From Lama guanicoe (taxonomy: Eukaryota): 64,000 nt of DNA. The translations under genes and the position numbers were made by a program. Below the pieces are notes generated by a model. That model was not told the origin of the DNA, did not search any database, and saw only the letters and a list, made by a program, of their open reading frames with translations. Of the stretch, positions 50,265 to 62,315 are shown one piece after another. The stretch covers positions 3,235,757-3,299,756 of the forward strand of contig MU054187.1 in assembly GCA_013239625.1 (NCBI GenBank), written 5' to 3'. Within the stretch, counting starts at the first letter, position 1; the number at the start of each line of letters is the position of its first letter.

Positions 50265-51560
50265 TGAAAGAAAGAATGGACACTTTGGGCTTCATTAAAA
50301 TTTAAAACTGGTCTGTGAAAAACAATGTCAAGATGAGAAGCCAAGCCACAGACTCGGAGAAAACAGCTGAAAAAGACACATTTCTGACGGAGGACTGGTA
50401 TCCAAAATATGTAAGGAATTCTTAAAACTCAAAAATAGGACAACAAACGATCTGACTAAAATTAGGCAAAAGACTTTAACAGAAACTTCCCCAAAGACAG
50501 ACAGATGGCAAACGAGCATGTGAAAAGCTGCTGCACATCCTTCGTCGTCGGGGGTGCACATTGAAACCACAGTGAGAGACCAGCACAGCCCGGTCGGAGC
50601 GGCTAAGCCCGGGACGCTGACGGCCCCGGGGGCTCGTGAGGCCGCGCAGCCGCGGGAGCGCTCGTTCGCGGCTGGCGGGGGTGCGCGATGGGACAGCGCT
50701 TTCGGAAGACAGTTTGCCAGTTTCTCACAAAACTAAACACTCTCATCGCACAATCCAGAAGTCTCGCTCCTTGCTATTTACCCAAATGAGCTGAAAAGCT
50801 TATGTCTCTTCAGCTCATTTGGGTAAATGAGCCCAGCCACCTTGGAGGGTGGCTTGCCAGTTTATTACAAAGCTAAACATTGTCTTATCATCGAATGATC
50901 CAGCAATCACACTCCTGGGTATGTTACCCAAACCAACTGAAAATTTATGCCTGCACAAAAACCTGCACACAAATGTTTATAGCAGCTTCATTCATAATTG
51001 CACAAAACCTGGGAGTAACCGAGATGTCCTTCAGTGGGTAAACAAACTGTGGTCCATCCAGACAATAGAGTATTATTTGGTGCTAAAAAGAAATGAGCTA
51101 TCAAGCTATGAAAAAACATGGAGGAAGCTTAAATGCATATTACTAGGTGCAAGAAGCCAATCTGAAAAGGCTACATACCGTAAGATTCCAACTATACGAC
51201 ATCTGGAAAAGATACAACTTTGGCGACAGTAACGTGGTCAGCGGTTGTCAGGGGCAGGGAGGCAGGGCTGAGTGGGCGGAGCAGAGGGGATTTTTAGAGC
51301 AGTGAAGCTACTCCATCTGATGCTGCGATGGTGGATACGTGCCGTGCCGTTATACATTAGCCACAACTCACAGAATGTGCAAAACCAAGAGGGAACCATA
51401 ATGTAAACTCAGGAATTCAGTTAATAATGATGTGTCAATATTGGCTTATCAAGTGTAACAAATGCCCGCACTTCTACAAGGTGTTGACAACAAGGGAAAT
51501 TTGGGGAGGGCTCCAGAAGGGCTCCAGCTCTTGCCTCCGTAGAAGTCCATGTGCACCTTC
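50265..51560 (+). mobile_element. Old L1 3' part (L1MC-like) with internal duplication
   Basis: ttgggcttcattaaaattta; aaaacctgcacacaaatgtttatagcagc; gcaagaagccaatctgaaaaggctacatac; ccataatgtaaact. Confidence 0.85.
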
Positions 51561-53461
51561 CAGTGGTACTCGGACTGCAGTCTGCAGTCACCTGCCGCTG
51601 CCAGAAACAAGGCACTTTGTTTTCTTTTCACAGTTAGTGAGTTATCCGTACCTACCATTGTCTCCCACGGACCCCGGCTAAGCAGGGAGCCTGGAGAAGG
51701 AAGTTCACAGGTTCCCGGCCACACGGGCTTAGGGGAGAGTGTGAAAGGCCAAGTAGGAGCCGTTTCAACAGAGGACACTTGGCAGAGTTCACGGGGCCAG
51801 CCAGTCCACCTGCTAAGAGTCACTCCTCTCAGCTATAAAATAGTGGTGATAGTAGTACCTACCCGACAGGGCGACTGCAAGAATTAAAGGAGCTCTAGTT
51901 TATAAAGCTCCTAGAAAAGGGTCTGACACAGAGGAAACTCATCATAAATCATTGTGGATTTTGTTCTGAGTAGTTAATAAACAGGTGAATGGAAATCTGG
52001 GCAGATCGTACAGAAACAGCCTGCGACGCTGCCTCCGCCCTTTACCCCACAGCTCTCCCCATCCACCCGGCTCTCATTTTCCCATTCAGGGAGGGATGAA
52101 ACAAAGACTGTATTGATTCCCTGCTCACTTCAATATTAATTGCTTGTGGTCCCCAAACACTGTGTGAGTTAATAACCTTTGTATCTGTCCATTCACAGGA
52201 AAGGAGGTTCTTTACCAAATGCAAATGTTCACACACCTCTGAAGCAGCATATGAGAAATGTTTTAGGAAAATTGCCTCGGGCATAACAAAGAGATCAAAT
52301 TAACTTGAGAATACAAACCCAAAAATGTTTGCTTATAAATTAATTCAGTTGCTTAGTGAAGGCTCCCCTGCCGACCCTCTGGGAGCTCGACTGGCACTGC
52401 GGGCTTTGGTAATACAATACATCTGTAAGAAACCCAGGGCAGTGGTAGGCATTAGACGTATCTTAAGTAACAGTAATAAAGGCAGTAAGTATTTGCATAC
52501 TGAGTGGATGGAGCTAGTCAGGTTAAGGAGAATCCTTCTAAGCAATGATGGTTAATGGATAGAAATTAAGATTCTGGAAACCTTTCCACATCCAACAGAA
52601 TCACTGTCTCTTATTCAGCATCTCAGCCAGTTCCTGGACCAGAAACTAACACCGGTATCTCTTTAAACAACAGCTCGCCCGCCCCCAGAAAACAATCATA
52701 CTGTAGTTTTTGAAGAGTATCAGCCTTTGATCCAGCCAAAGATCTGGGTTCAAATTCTGATTCTGTCCCTTAGAAAAGGGATCTTATAACAGCTTCCTAA
52801 GTTTCAGATTACTCATCTAAAAATTAAGGGCGCTGATAATAACGTTTCAGGGTTGCAGAGTACTCACATAAGTAACACATATTTTTATTATAAAACCAAC
52901 CTGAAATCACAGGGAAGTCTGGATCAGTTATCCTCCTTAAAAACTAAAACTGAAAGCTCGACTCCAAAAAGCAATCAATTTGGCTTTTGACTGCGATTTG
53001 GAATTTGAATATCTGTGTGTCATGCACACTACACATCCACCTCAAACAAGACACTAGATACATACTTCCAGGTGAAGTGGGGGGTTAATTTTCCTAGTGT
53101 GATAGTTCTCAAATGCTTGAAGTATTTTCATAAATTACGATCCCATCATAAGAAAAGTCACATTTGATGCATGAGGATTTATTCAGGAAATCTGAATAAT
53201 CATAAGGGAAAAAATTAAGTCAAATTCCCATGCCAGTCAACCCAATCTGTCCTTCCTTCAGCAGTGAATTTCACCTGGAAAATGAAGTCTGTAAGAGTTT
53301 GCACAAGAACTCCCCAACCCCATACCTGAAAGTTAAGTAAACACTTTCATTCCATGGGACTCAGGGTAAGGAATTTGACTTCTCAATGGAGTTTTGTGCA
53401 TGAAAGTGTCTCTCTTCTCTTCAGAGATCAGTACAAAATATTTTTTGAGCTCTAAACTCAC

Positions 53462-53531
53462 AGTTCCAAGCAGCATCTCCCAGATACCCATTTATCAAAT
53501 TGTCATTTCCTCATTATTTTTAGCACTGCTT
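53462..53531 (-). pseudogene. Fossil exon candidate (E)AVLKIMRK*QFDKWVSGRCCLE
   Basis: ctttccccattcag acceptor, CT|GTGAGT donor, 70 nt. Confidence 0.45.
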
Positions 53532-54099
53532 CTGAATGGGGAAAGTCACGTAAGAGGTTGAGTATAAACTTGGATGTGCCAATCAAAACATAATTAGATA
53601 AAGGCTCTGATGAGAATTTTACCAAACCGCTGTGGGTTGTTTTTATTATTTTATTATTTCTTAAGTGGACTGGAGTGACAAATATGCAGCTTATCTATTC
53701 TGCGGGATTCTTCAATGTGCTATTGCTTGGGGGAGAAAGTAACTAGTATCTGTTGAATATGTATTACATGTCATTGTTCTAAGTTTTATTGACTTTTCTA
53801 CCCTCAAAACAGCCCGGCGAGGTGCGTTCCATTATCTTTATGTTCATCCCAGGAAGACCCCGTCTCAGAAAACGCAAACTCCGTTCTTCTGGTTTTTCAG
53901 GCCAGAACTCTGGCGTCATCCCAGGTTCCTCTGGAGTTCGTTCTCGCCCACACCCAGACCGTCAGCGAGTTGGAAAGTGGGGACTGTGCGCTTGCATGGC
54001 TTATTCTGGGGGCGTCCTCCTAGCGGGAAGCCCGGCTTTCGTCCTTGTCCCCTGCAAGGATCTCACAACAGCCACGGTGACCTTTTAATAAACCCAAGC

Positions 54100-54800
54100 C
54101 CAAGCCGAATGGGGGGAGATTGTACCGCCCTCTGCCCAAGACCCGCCCATCCCTCCCGCCCCTCGCAGAGGGAACCCCAAGGCCCGCGCTGGCCCGCCAG
54201 CCCCTCCGCCGGGCGCGGCCTCCTCTCCGCCCGCATCCCCGGCGCGGGCCCGCGCTCACCGCTCCAGCCGCAGCCTCGCCCTCCCGGGCTGCGCCGCCCA
54301 CCCGGTGGGGGCGCAGCGCCCGCTCCCAAGGGGGCCCGCTTGGGTTTAACGCTCTGTGCGCAGCCCGGTGGGCTTCGTAATTTTTTCTCTGAACGGGCCC
54401 CGGGCGAAGACCTGTGGGGGTGCGAGGGCGCCTGCGAGGGCGGGACGCCGTCGCCGGGGGGTCCTGCCTCCGGGGATGCGCTCTGCCGCCCCAGCCCCTG
54501 GGACCCACCCGGCCGCCGCCTCCCCATTGGCCCGACGGAGTCCCGTCGCCCCCACTCCCGGAGGGGACCTGGGCCGGGCGCGGGGAGCCCCAGGTGGCCG
54601 CGGTCCCGCAGCACCTCGCAGGCTCCGGCACCAGCGCGCATTCAGCCCCGCGCGCTCCTGTCCTGAGGAGGCCGCAATCTCAGGTTCTCTCGTCCGCGGT
54701 GGGTGACCCACGGGAAGGACAGAAGACCCTCCGCCCGGGCCAGCACCCCGCCGTCCACTTGGCGATAGGCCCACGGCTCCTGCAGCCGGCCCCTGCCCGC
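54100..54800. promoter_or_regulatory. CpG island
   Basis: About 700 bp of very high GC and CpG density; CCAAT (reverse, attgg) at ~54526. Confidence 0.75.
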
Positions 54801-54819
54801 CTCCCTGCCGGTCCTCTGA

Positions 54820-55260
54820 CGGACAGGCAGCCCCATCTCAGGACCTGGGATGATGACCGCGTCCTCCTTCTGCACAGCCATCCCCACCTCCAGGCCCCAC
54901 AGGACTTGTCCCGGAGTGTCCCATCCTGCGCGGGTTTCCACCCAACCCAGAGAACTAGCCTCCCTACCCATCCTTCTCCAGCCCCCTTTCCCGGTTTAAT
55001 TTTCTTCCAGAACACGTACACCTTCGTGGATACGTGTTTATTGCATCCTCTCTCCATAAAATCTAAGTTCTGGGGGAGCAGGACATGTTAGGGTTTGCTC
55101 ACTGCTACATCCCTCACATTGAAAACCTGGAGATGGGAGTTCATGAAAAATTGCTGAGTATCTGGATCCCGGTTTTGTCCATGAGGAAATCGAGACTCGG
55201 AGATGTGAAGTGACTTGCCTAATGTCACAGCACCGGGAGTCCACCCAGGCAGCGTGCCCA
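54820..55260. mobile_element. L2 3' end (+) followed by MIR (-)
   Basis: taaaatctaagttctgggggagcagg..tgctcactgctacatccc; atgaggaaatcgagactcggaga..aagtgacttgcctaatgtcacagc. Confidence 0.65.
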
Positions 55261-55623
55261 GGAGACCCTGCATGGAACCACTGGACTTTTCCAGTGCCTT
55301 CCTAGGCGGCAAAGCTTGGAGTGAGAAGGAAGATTTCACCGGCCATAAATCAAGCCTCTGCAAATGTATCTGCTGATATTTGAATCAAACTCAAGACAAA
55401 ATGCCATCTTTTTAAATTTGGTCATCTTCTGTTTAGATGCGAACACTTTAATATCTTCAGAAACCAGGAGTGTTGACTGGCTTCTACACAGTCATCTTAT
55501 GGAAACTATAGGCATAAAGGTTGAGCACCACATGTGAAAAACTTCAAACCACGGTCTGCATTAAGACAATATACGAAAAAACATTTAGAAAATTCCTATT
55601 ACTTGAAATCAAGGAGTCATTAC

Positions 55624-55818
55624 CACTCGTTTGAATGCCTGGAGTATAGAGGTTCATTAAAGAAATGGGTCATTAACATGTTCCTTAAATTAATGCAACT
55701 TTTTCTCAATATTGTCCTTCCTGCCATTTGGAAAGCATTTCCTGCCGACCATGTGACGCACACTGGTTAGTCCTTGGGACTCCAGGAGCGGAGGTTTTTC
55801 AGCTCCAGAGGGCTTCAT
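55624..55818 (-). pseudogene. Fossil exon with frameshifts: (N)EAL.. / LELKNLR / LLESQGL / QEMLSKWQE / NIEKKLH*FKEHVND
   Basis: ttattttttcaaag acceptor, phase 1 entry matches previous exon, G|GTAATG donor. Confidence 0.45.
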
Positions 55819-56124
55819 CTTTGAAAAAATAATGATGGGTAAAATAACCTTTCTGGTATTATTTTTGCAAACTTACAAGGTGAGAACCTGAGAAGTGTTC
55901 CCAAAAGGGTGGGTGGTTAACAAGCAGAAAGAGCTGGCTCTCCACATCTGCCGTGACCTATTGTGACATGACTCCTGGGACCAATCAGACCATGAGCTGA
56001 AAGTTGCAGAGATAATGGGGAGCGTTCAAAGCCCCTGACGGCAGCAGCTTGGCAGGGAGGGCCACCCGGCACCAATAATACTAATTTGGTCTCTAATTAT
56101 GTATTTGCACAGTGGTCGGCTAAC

Positions 56125-56245
56125 TATCCAGCTGTCGCTCCGTCTCTAGCCCACGGATCTTCTTTCTGAGTTTGTTGTGTTCTGTCTGGGCTACACCTGG
56201 CATGCAGGATGGAGCCCAGAGGTTTTCCTGCAGTTTATATCATCT
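56125..56245 (-). pseudogene. Fossil exon R*YKLQENLWAPSCMPGVAQTEHNKLRKKIRGLETERQLD
   Basis: ctctctttcctgcag acceptor, A|GTTAGC donor, 121 nt, phase 0-1; heptad-like C-terminal half. Confidence 0.6.
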
Positions 56246-57557
56246 CTGCAGGAAAGAGAGCATGCATATCTCTTGAAAGTAAGAAAATAATAGCCAGCAT
56301 CAAAATTGGACAGCATTCGTTTTCTTCTTTCGTTTCTTCCCTCCGACTCCTCCCGGGTTTGAGAGTTGAGGTGACAGGAAATGCGGTAACTGCCTACAAT
56401 GTAGCCCCTGCAAGTCTCTGTACCCCGGGGGGAAGGGCAGGTTTCAGAGCAAGCTGGTCAAAGATCTGGGGAAGACATCTGTTTCTGAAAACTGGGCCAA
56501 AAATCTTAAAGAAATGAGAGCATTGCCGTAAGAAGGGGCAAATGAGTAATAAGATCTTAATCTTTGAGTTCCCTTTTTCCCCAGTTCTAATTTTTCTCTA
56601 GGTTTCTGCGAGCATAAAGTATTATCTTCACCAGCATCGAAAGCCATGTTCTATTCCCAAAGGTCCAAATGACCCATTTTGTCCTCCCTTTCATCAGAGC
56701 TAGGTGAATGCCATTTTGATGTGTGCTTTACCACTTCGACAAAATTCAATCTTTATTCTCTAAGCGTTTATTAAGCCGCATGTGAGACCTACAGATGAAA
56801 GACAAGGCCAGCCAATCCCTGTCACTCAGGACCTGACAGTTTAGCTAACTGCAAGAGACCCTTATGCAAACCACCAAGATCAGGTTCCTCGTCTTCCCTC
56901 ACCGCGAACCTGTGAAAACGGCACCGCGCGGGCACCATTCCGTGGCACAAGAAGACTCATCACTCATGGAAGCACAGAGAAGAAAGAAACCAGCATTTGC
57001 TGAACGCGCTGGTGCCTGCAGGCACACACTCGGCGCTTTTGTATTTACGATCTCATCTAACCTTCCCAAAGCCCAGTAACAAAATTACTGTTATTAACTC
57101 TATTTTACCAATAAGGAAATTGAAGTTCCATGTGCCTTAGGGCTGCTGAGGGCAAAGCTAGCATTCAATTCTCTGTCTAAACAGAGTCCCAAATCCAACC
57201 TCTTGTCATTCTACCCTGTGTTCCCAGGGGTAACTAAGGACAGCTCCTCACCTTGCAGACATGTGTTGGCAAGAGGGCAGAGTAGGAGAAATCAAGGTGG
57301 AGTTACATGGGTTTCAAACCCAAGTAACTCTGGGGTCCTGGCAGGTAATGAGTTAGGTGAAATAGACAAGGTGTTAATACTTAAGGTAATCTAGGACTTA
57401 CAGCTGATTGGAGAAACTAGTCAATTTTGCAGCAAACTCAAATATGTTTAAAAACTGTGTAGAAACTGTGTAAATGTATTGGCTGCCAAATCTGATACTC
57501 AGTAAAAATGCACAACTTCTGCTTTAACTGTTCAGTTTAACTAGAAACAGCCCCTGA

Positions 57558-59545
57558 TTATTTTTATTGTGATAAAATACACAAAATGTAAAGTGTACCA
57601 TCTTAACCATTTTTAAGTGCCTGGTTCAGTGGTATTAAGCCCGTTCACATCACTGTGCAATGATCCCCTGCAAGCATCCCCAGAATTTTTCATCTTCCCA
57701 AATAGAAACTGTGTACACATTAAACAATTATTTTTCATCCCTAATCCCTAGAAACTGACCTTTTTCTATTTCTATGACTTTGACTCATCCAGGTGCCTAA
57801 TATAAATGAAATCATGCAATATTTGTCCTTCTGTGGCTGCCTTATTTCTCTTAATGTAATGTGTTCAAGGTTCTTACACGTTGTAGCATATGTCCGAAGT
57901 TTCTTCCTTTTTAAGACTGAATAATATTCCAATGCATATATTCCACATTTATTATCCATTCATTCATTCAACTGCCGATGAACATTTGGGTTATTTCTAC
58001 CTCTTGACTATTGTTAATAATACTGCTATGAACACTCGTGTACAAATAACTGTTCAAGACCTGGATTTCAGTTCTTTTGGGCATATACCCCAAAGTGGAA
58101 TTGCTGGCTCATGCAGTAATTGTACGTTTAGTTTTGAGGAATTGCTGTACTGTTTTCCGTAGCAGTTGCACCACTTAACATTCCCACCAACAGTGCACAA
58201 CTGTTCTTACTTCTCTACCCTCTTGCCAACACTTGTTATTTCCTGCTTTTTTTTTTTTTTTTTTTTTGTNNNNNNNNNNNNNNNNNNNNNNNNNNNNNNN
58301 NNNNNNNNNNNNNNNNNNNNNNNNNNNNNNNNNNNNNNNNNNNNNNNNNNNNNNNNNNNNTTTTTTTTTTTTTTTTTTTTGGTAATAGCCGCCCTAGTGG
58401 GTGAAGTGGTATCTCGCTGCAGTTTTGATTTGCATTTCTTTAGTTGTTGGTAACGCTGGGTATCTCTTCATTCCTCTTTGGCCGTCTCTGCATCTTCTTT
58501 TGGAAAAATGTCTGTTCAAGTCCTTTGCCTGTTTTAATTGGGTTCTTTGGGATTTTGTTGTTGAATGGGAGGAGTTCCTTACATGTTCTGAGTAATAATT
58601 TCTTATCAGACACGTGATTTGCAATTATTTTCTCCCAGTTTGTGGGTTGCCTTTTCACTCTGTTGATAGGGTCCTTTAATGTACAAAAGTCTTAAATTTT
58701 AAGTCTGATTTATCTTTTTTTTTTTCGCCTGTGTTTTGGTGTCATACCAAGAAATCACTGCCAAAAGCAAAATCTTCCCCCATGTTTTCTTCTAGGACTT
58801 CTATAGTTCTTTAGCTCTAGCATTTAGGTCTTCAATCTTTTTTACCTAATCTTTATACATGGTGCAAAATTAAAATCCAACTTCATTCTTTTGCATATGG
58901 ATATCCAATTTCCCCAGCACTGTTGTTTGAAAAGACCATTTTTCCCTCATTGAATGCTCCTGGCACCCTTGTCAAAAATTACTTGACCATATATTTGAGG
59001 GTCTAACTCTGGGCTCTTTGTTCTCTTTCATTGTCCTAAGTGCCTGTCTTTATGCCAGCACTTCATTATTTTGATCACTGTGGCTTTGTACTAAGTTTAA
59101 AAACAGGAAGTGTGAGTCCCCCAACTTTATTATTTTTCAAGGTTTTTCTTTTACTTTTCAAGGTCCTTTGAGATTTCACATGAATTTTAGGATGGGTATT
59201 TCTATTCCTGCAAAAAAAGAATTGGGATTTTGGTAAGTATTGTATTGAGTCTGTAGATCACTTTGGGTGGTATTGACATCTTAACAATATAAAGTCTTGT
59301 AATTCGTGAACACGGACGCCTTTGTATTTATTTGTGCCTTTAGTTTCTTTTAGCAGCATGTGGTGGTTTTCAGTGTACAAGCCTTCTACCTCCTTGGTTA
59401 GTTTATTTCTAACTATTTTATTCTTTTTCAAGCTATTATAAATGGAGTCATTTTCTTTATTTCCTTTTCAGATGGTTCATTATTAGTGTATAGAAAGGCA
59501 ACTGATTTTCACATGTTGATTTTGTATCCTCCAACTTTGTTCAAT
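57558..59545 (-). mobile_element. L1MB-like element (ORF2 3' part plus 3' UTR)
   Basis: Reverse-strand ORF2 remnants (MKRQPTNWEKIIANH, EMQIKTAARYH); 3' UTR taccatcttaaccatttttaagtg; AATAAA(-) at 57563-57568. Confidence 0.9.
58270..58360. other. Assembly gap (91 N) flanked by poly-T
   Basis: Seen directly. Confidence 0.99.
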
Positions 59546-59581
59546 GTAGAGACCATATTACACGCACACTGCTTCACTTAT

Positions 59582-59682
59582 GTGCATGATTTTCATCCCC
59601 TTTCCCTCTTAATGTCTGATAGGAGCTGGCTCCATGCCCTGTTTGATTCAGATTTAAGGTCCTTACTGTCCTTTCTCCGTTC
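59582..59682 (-). pseudogene. Fossil exon ERRKDSKDLKSESNRAWSQLLSDIKRERG*KSC
   Basis: cttcaccctcag acceptor, phase 0 entry; donor degraded to ATAAGT; charged helical peptide. Confidence 0.5.
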
Positions 59683-59812
59683 CTGAGGGTGAAGCCCAGG
59701 CAGACAGACTACTGTGCATATCAGCCTTCTTAGATTTTTGACAGAGTTTGCAATGGAAATCATAGGCTGCGAATGCAGCATTTGCTGGTTCACCACTTTT
59801 GGAATATTTTAC

Positions 59813-59880
59813 CAGGACAAGCAGTACTTGCTTTTATTCAACAGTGAGAATTACTTCGCCCATTTTCTTTCCTCTGGCAT
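59813..59880 (-). pseudogene. Fossil exon (D)ARGKKMGEVILTVE*KQVLLVL
   Basis: gcttcccag acceptor, CTG|GTAAAA donor, 68 nt, phase 1-0. Confidence 0.5.
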
Positions 59881-59992
59881 CTGGGAAGCTCAGACATAAA
59901 TTGAAGTGCTCACTTAGAATAATAATATTAGCCTAGAGTTGCGATGTCACTCTTTTATTTTTTCCTTATTCTCTATTAATCATTTACTTCAC

Positions 59993-60053
59993 CGTATTTA
60001 TTTGATAGTCATCCGCCTCATCTTCTTTTTATAAGTTTATCATTCAGAATAAA
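59993..60053 (-). pseudogene. Fossil exon candidate FILNDKLIKRR*GG*LSNKY
   Basis: tctatttcag acceptor, G|GTGAAG donor, 61 nt, phase 0-1 fits both neighbours. Confidence 0.4.
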
Positions 60054-60244
60054 CTGAAATAGACTTGTTTCAGAGTGATCGTGTAATTACCATGAATACT
60101 GGACCACTTGTGTATCAGCGTCTCCAAATTGTGCCGTTCCTTATATCGTACTAATCAAAAGATTCTGAAATGTGCATAATTTGAGGGATTTTGTTGAGAA
60201 CTCAGACTTCAGTTTTCCTTAATGCAAACAAAATCGCCCCATAT

Positions 60245-60385
60245 GTATTTTAGAAAGCTCAAAATAATTTCTTCTGGTCAATTTTAGAGGACTGAGAGAG
60301 AGCTTTGAATCTGGAGTTGGTCTTTTCCATTTAAAGGTCTCTGTCTTGGGAAATTGCTGTTCTTTGCTTGCTGGTGTACAAAATC
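60245..60385 (-). pseudogene. Fossil exon candidate DFVHQQAKNSNFPRQRPLNGKDQLQIQSSLSVL*N*PEEIILSFLKY
   Basis: tttttcaattag acceptor, 141 nt, phase 0-0; donor appears mutated (ATATGG). Confidence 0.4.
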
Positions 60386-60639
60386 CTAATTGAAAAACCT
60401 TTACACCTGGTGATGGCTTGCATTTAATTTACTTCTGTCCTATTAGGAACATGTCTTAGAGAAGGAATGGGCATGGAAATCTGGATGATTTGTGTTTTAT
60501 ATAGTCTGTCCCTTAGGGTGAGCTCAGCCCCAGGGCACTAACAAACAGTCTCAGACCCAGGTCATTTGTATCTTTCTTACAGGCAAGCACGACATGCCAG
60601 CAATACCCCAATTTAGAGCACCTCCACATTCAGTGCAGC

Positions 60640-60900
60640 TCAAGTCAGCACAATTTATCAAGTCATTATCAAGTGTGCTAAGCATTTCCAGAGTCCCTGG
60701 GAGTATAAGGATGAATAGGATTGAGTACTTACCTTCATGGATCTCTCAAAAAGAGAAAGCTAATAAACAGCTCAGAAATTGAAATCAAGGTGCACAGAGG
60801 AGGTGCAGGAGGACAGAGCTTCTGACCAACGGGGAGGGGGCAGGATGGGTTTTCCAAAGGGGGTGGCTCAAGCAGACGTCAGAGAGCTCTCAGCAGGGGA
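60640..60900 (-). mobile_element. L2 3' fragment
   Basis: atttatcaagtcattatcaagtgtgctaagc..taccttcatggatct. Confidence 0.5.
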
Positions 60901-61390
60901 TACGTGATGGAGATCTAGGCCCAGATATGTGTCCAAAACCCCAGAAGTTTTGAAAGAGGTGCAGGACTAGGATCTCCTGAGGGTTCTCAATGTTAGCCTG
61001 GTGGTAGAGCCAAGGTGGGCTAGGAAGGCGTCCAGAAGCTTTGTGGGACCGAGCGAGCGAAGTGTGAAGGAACCTGAGAGCAAGCACAAGGGTGTGAAAG
61101 GAATGGTGGCGAGGGGCCTCCTCCTCGTTATCCGGGCTTCTGATGGCCTTCCCACCTCCCACTGCCAACCACTGGGGACTCGTGTGCTGCCCTGATTTTG
61201 AGGTGCTTCTGCACATAAAACAACTCTCCATTTGTTCAACGAAAGGAGGAAGTCTGAAATAGTTCTGAAGCCAATTTACATAGATAAACTTTGGGGGATG
61301 GAAATGAAACAGCTGAATGCCTGTTCATACTGTTTAACTCAATTTAGTCACAAAGACATATCAAATGTTACCCAAATTGAGAAACGTCAC

Positions 61391-61450
61391 CTTTCTTGGT
61401 CACCGGGAGAGTCTCAGGAGGCCTGCCTCCCCTCCCTTCTGTTTAAGACC
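61391..61450 (-). pseudogene. Fossil exon candidate GLKQKGGEAGLLRLSR*PRK
   Basis: ctgcag acceptor, AAG|GTGACG donor, 60 nt, phase 0-0. Confidence 0.35.
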
Positions 61451-61584
61451 CTGCAGATCCCGGACAGGTCGGGGGGGCTCTCACTCGAGACCTGTCACCT
61501 GGTGTGGGTTCTCCTTTGCTATCAGTGACCTTCATCACTATTCGCGATGTTGCTTTAAACAGCTGATTTATAAGAGCTGCTGGA

Positions 61585-62070
61585 CCAGGAAAGTATCTTT
61601 TCCTTCTATCCTTCTAAGTCCTTGGCTGGAGCCCCCATAACAACAGGCCAGTAAACAAGAGAAAAGCTTACAAGCGTATTTAATAGAAGTTTTATGTGAC
61701 ACGTAAGCCTTCATGAGGAAATGAGGACCCAAAGAAACACAGATAAACCTGAGCATTCTGATGAAGATGGGAAAGTTATGGAAACGTGTGAGAGCACCCT
61801 GGGTGGGAGCCAAGGGCATGTAGTGACCTGGGGGGCTTAGCAGGGCCTGGTGGTTCAGATGTGCCCCTCCGAGCCCCTCCGTCTTTGAAGATAAGGATGC
61901 TCCTTTCTTCCTGAGATGGAAAGGGCACCGCTCACATGAGGGTCTCGTAACAAGTTTCAGGAAAAGGCCAAGAAATCCTTTCTGAACCTGCTGTTTCTCA
62001 AATTCTTTCAGCCTGAAATATTCAATATGCCAACGTGTCATATTCTGGGGTAGCAAGCCCTCAACTCTGT
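61585..62070 (-). mobile_element. ERV1 solo LTR, MER34-family-like
   Basis: Reverse complement begins ..gctaccccagaatatgacacgttggcatattgaatatttcaggctgaaagaatttgagaaacagcag. Confidence 0.75.
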
Positions 62071-62129
62071 CAAAGTCAAAACTTCGCTGTGAACTCACAC
62101 TTCCAGCAGTAATTTCTAAACTAAGTTAA

Positions 62130-62220
62130 ATTTCTTTTCCTTCTTTCCTTCATCCCATCCTCCCTTTCTCCCTTTCTTTCTCTTTCTTTCTTTCTCTCTT
62201 TCCTTTTCTCTCTTTCCTTT

Positions 62221-62279
<59 letters not shown>

Positions 62280-62315
62280 CTTTCCTTTTCTTTCTTTCTT
62301 CCTTTCTTTCTTTCA
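62130..62315. repeat. (TTTC)n microsatellite / polypyrimidine tract
   Basis: Seen directly. Confidence 0.97.

Noticed and set aside
53977..55091. Overlapping 140-230 aa ORFs on both strands
   Set aside because: P/G/R/A-rich frames expected from stop-codon scarcity in a CpG island and adjoining L2.
4280..57787. About a dozen AP-1 heptamers (TGASTCA)
   Set aside because: About 8 are expected by chance in 64 kb; not convincingly enriched.
58246..58380. Long poly-T / poly-Phe ORF
   Set aside because: Homopolymer with an assembly gap inside an L1.
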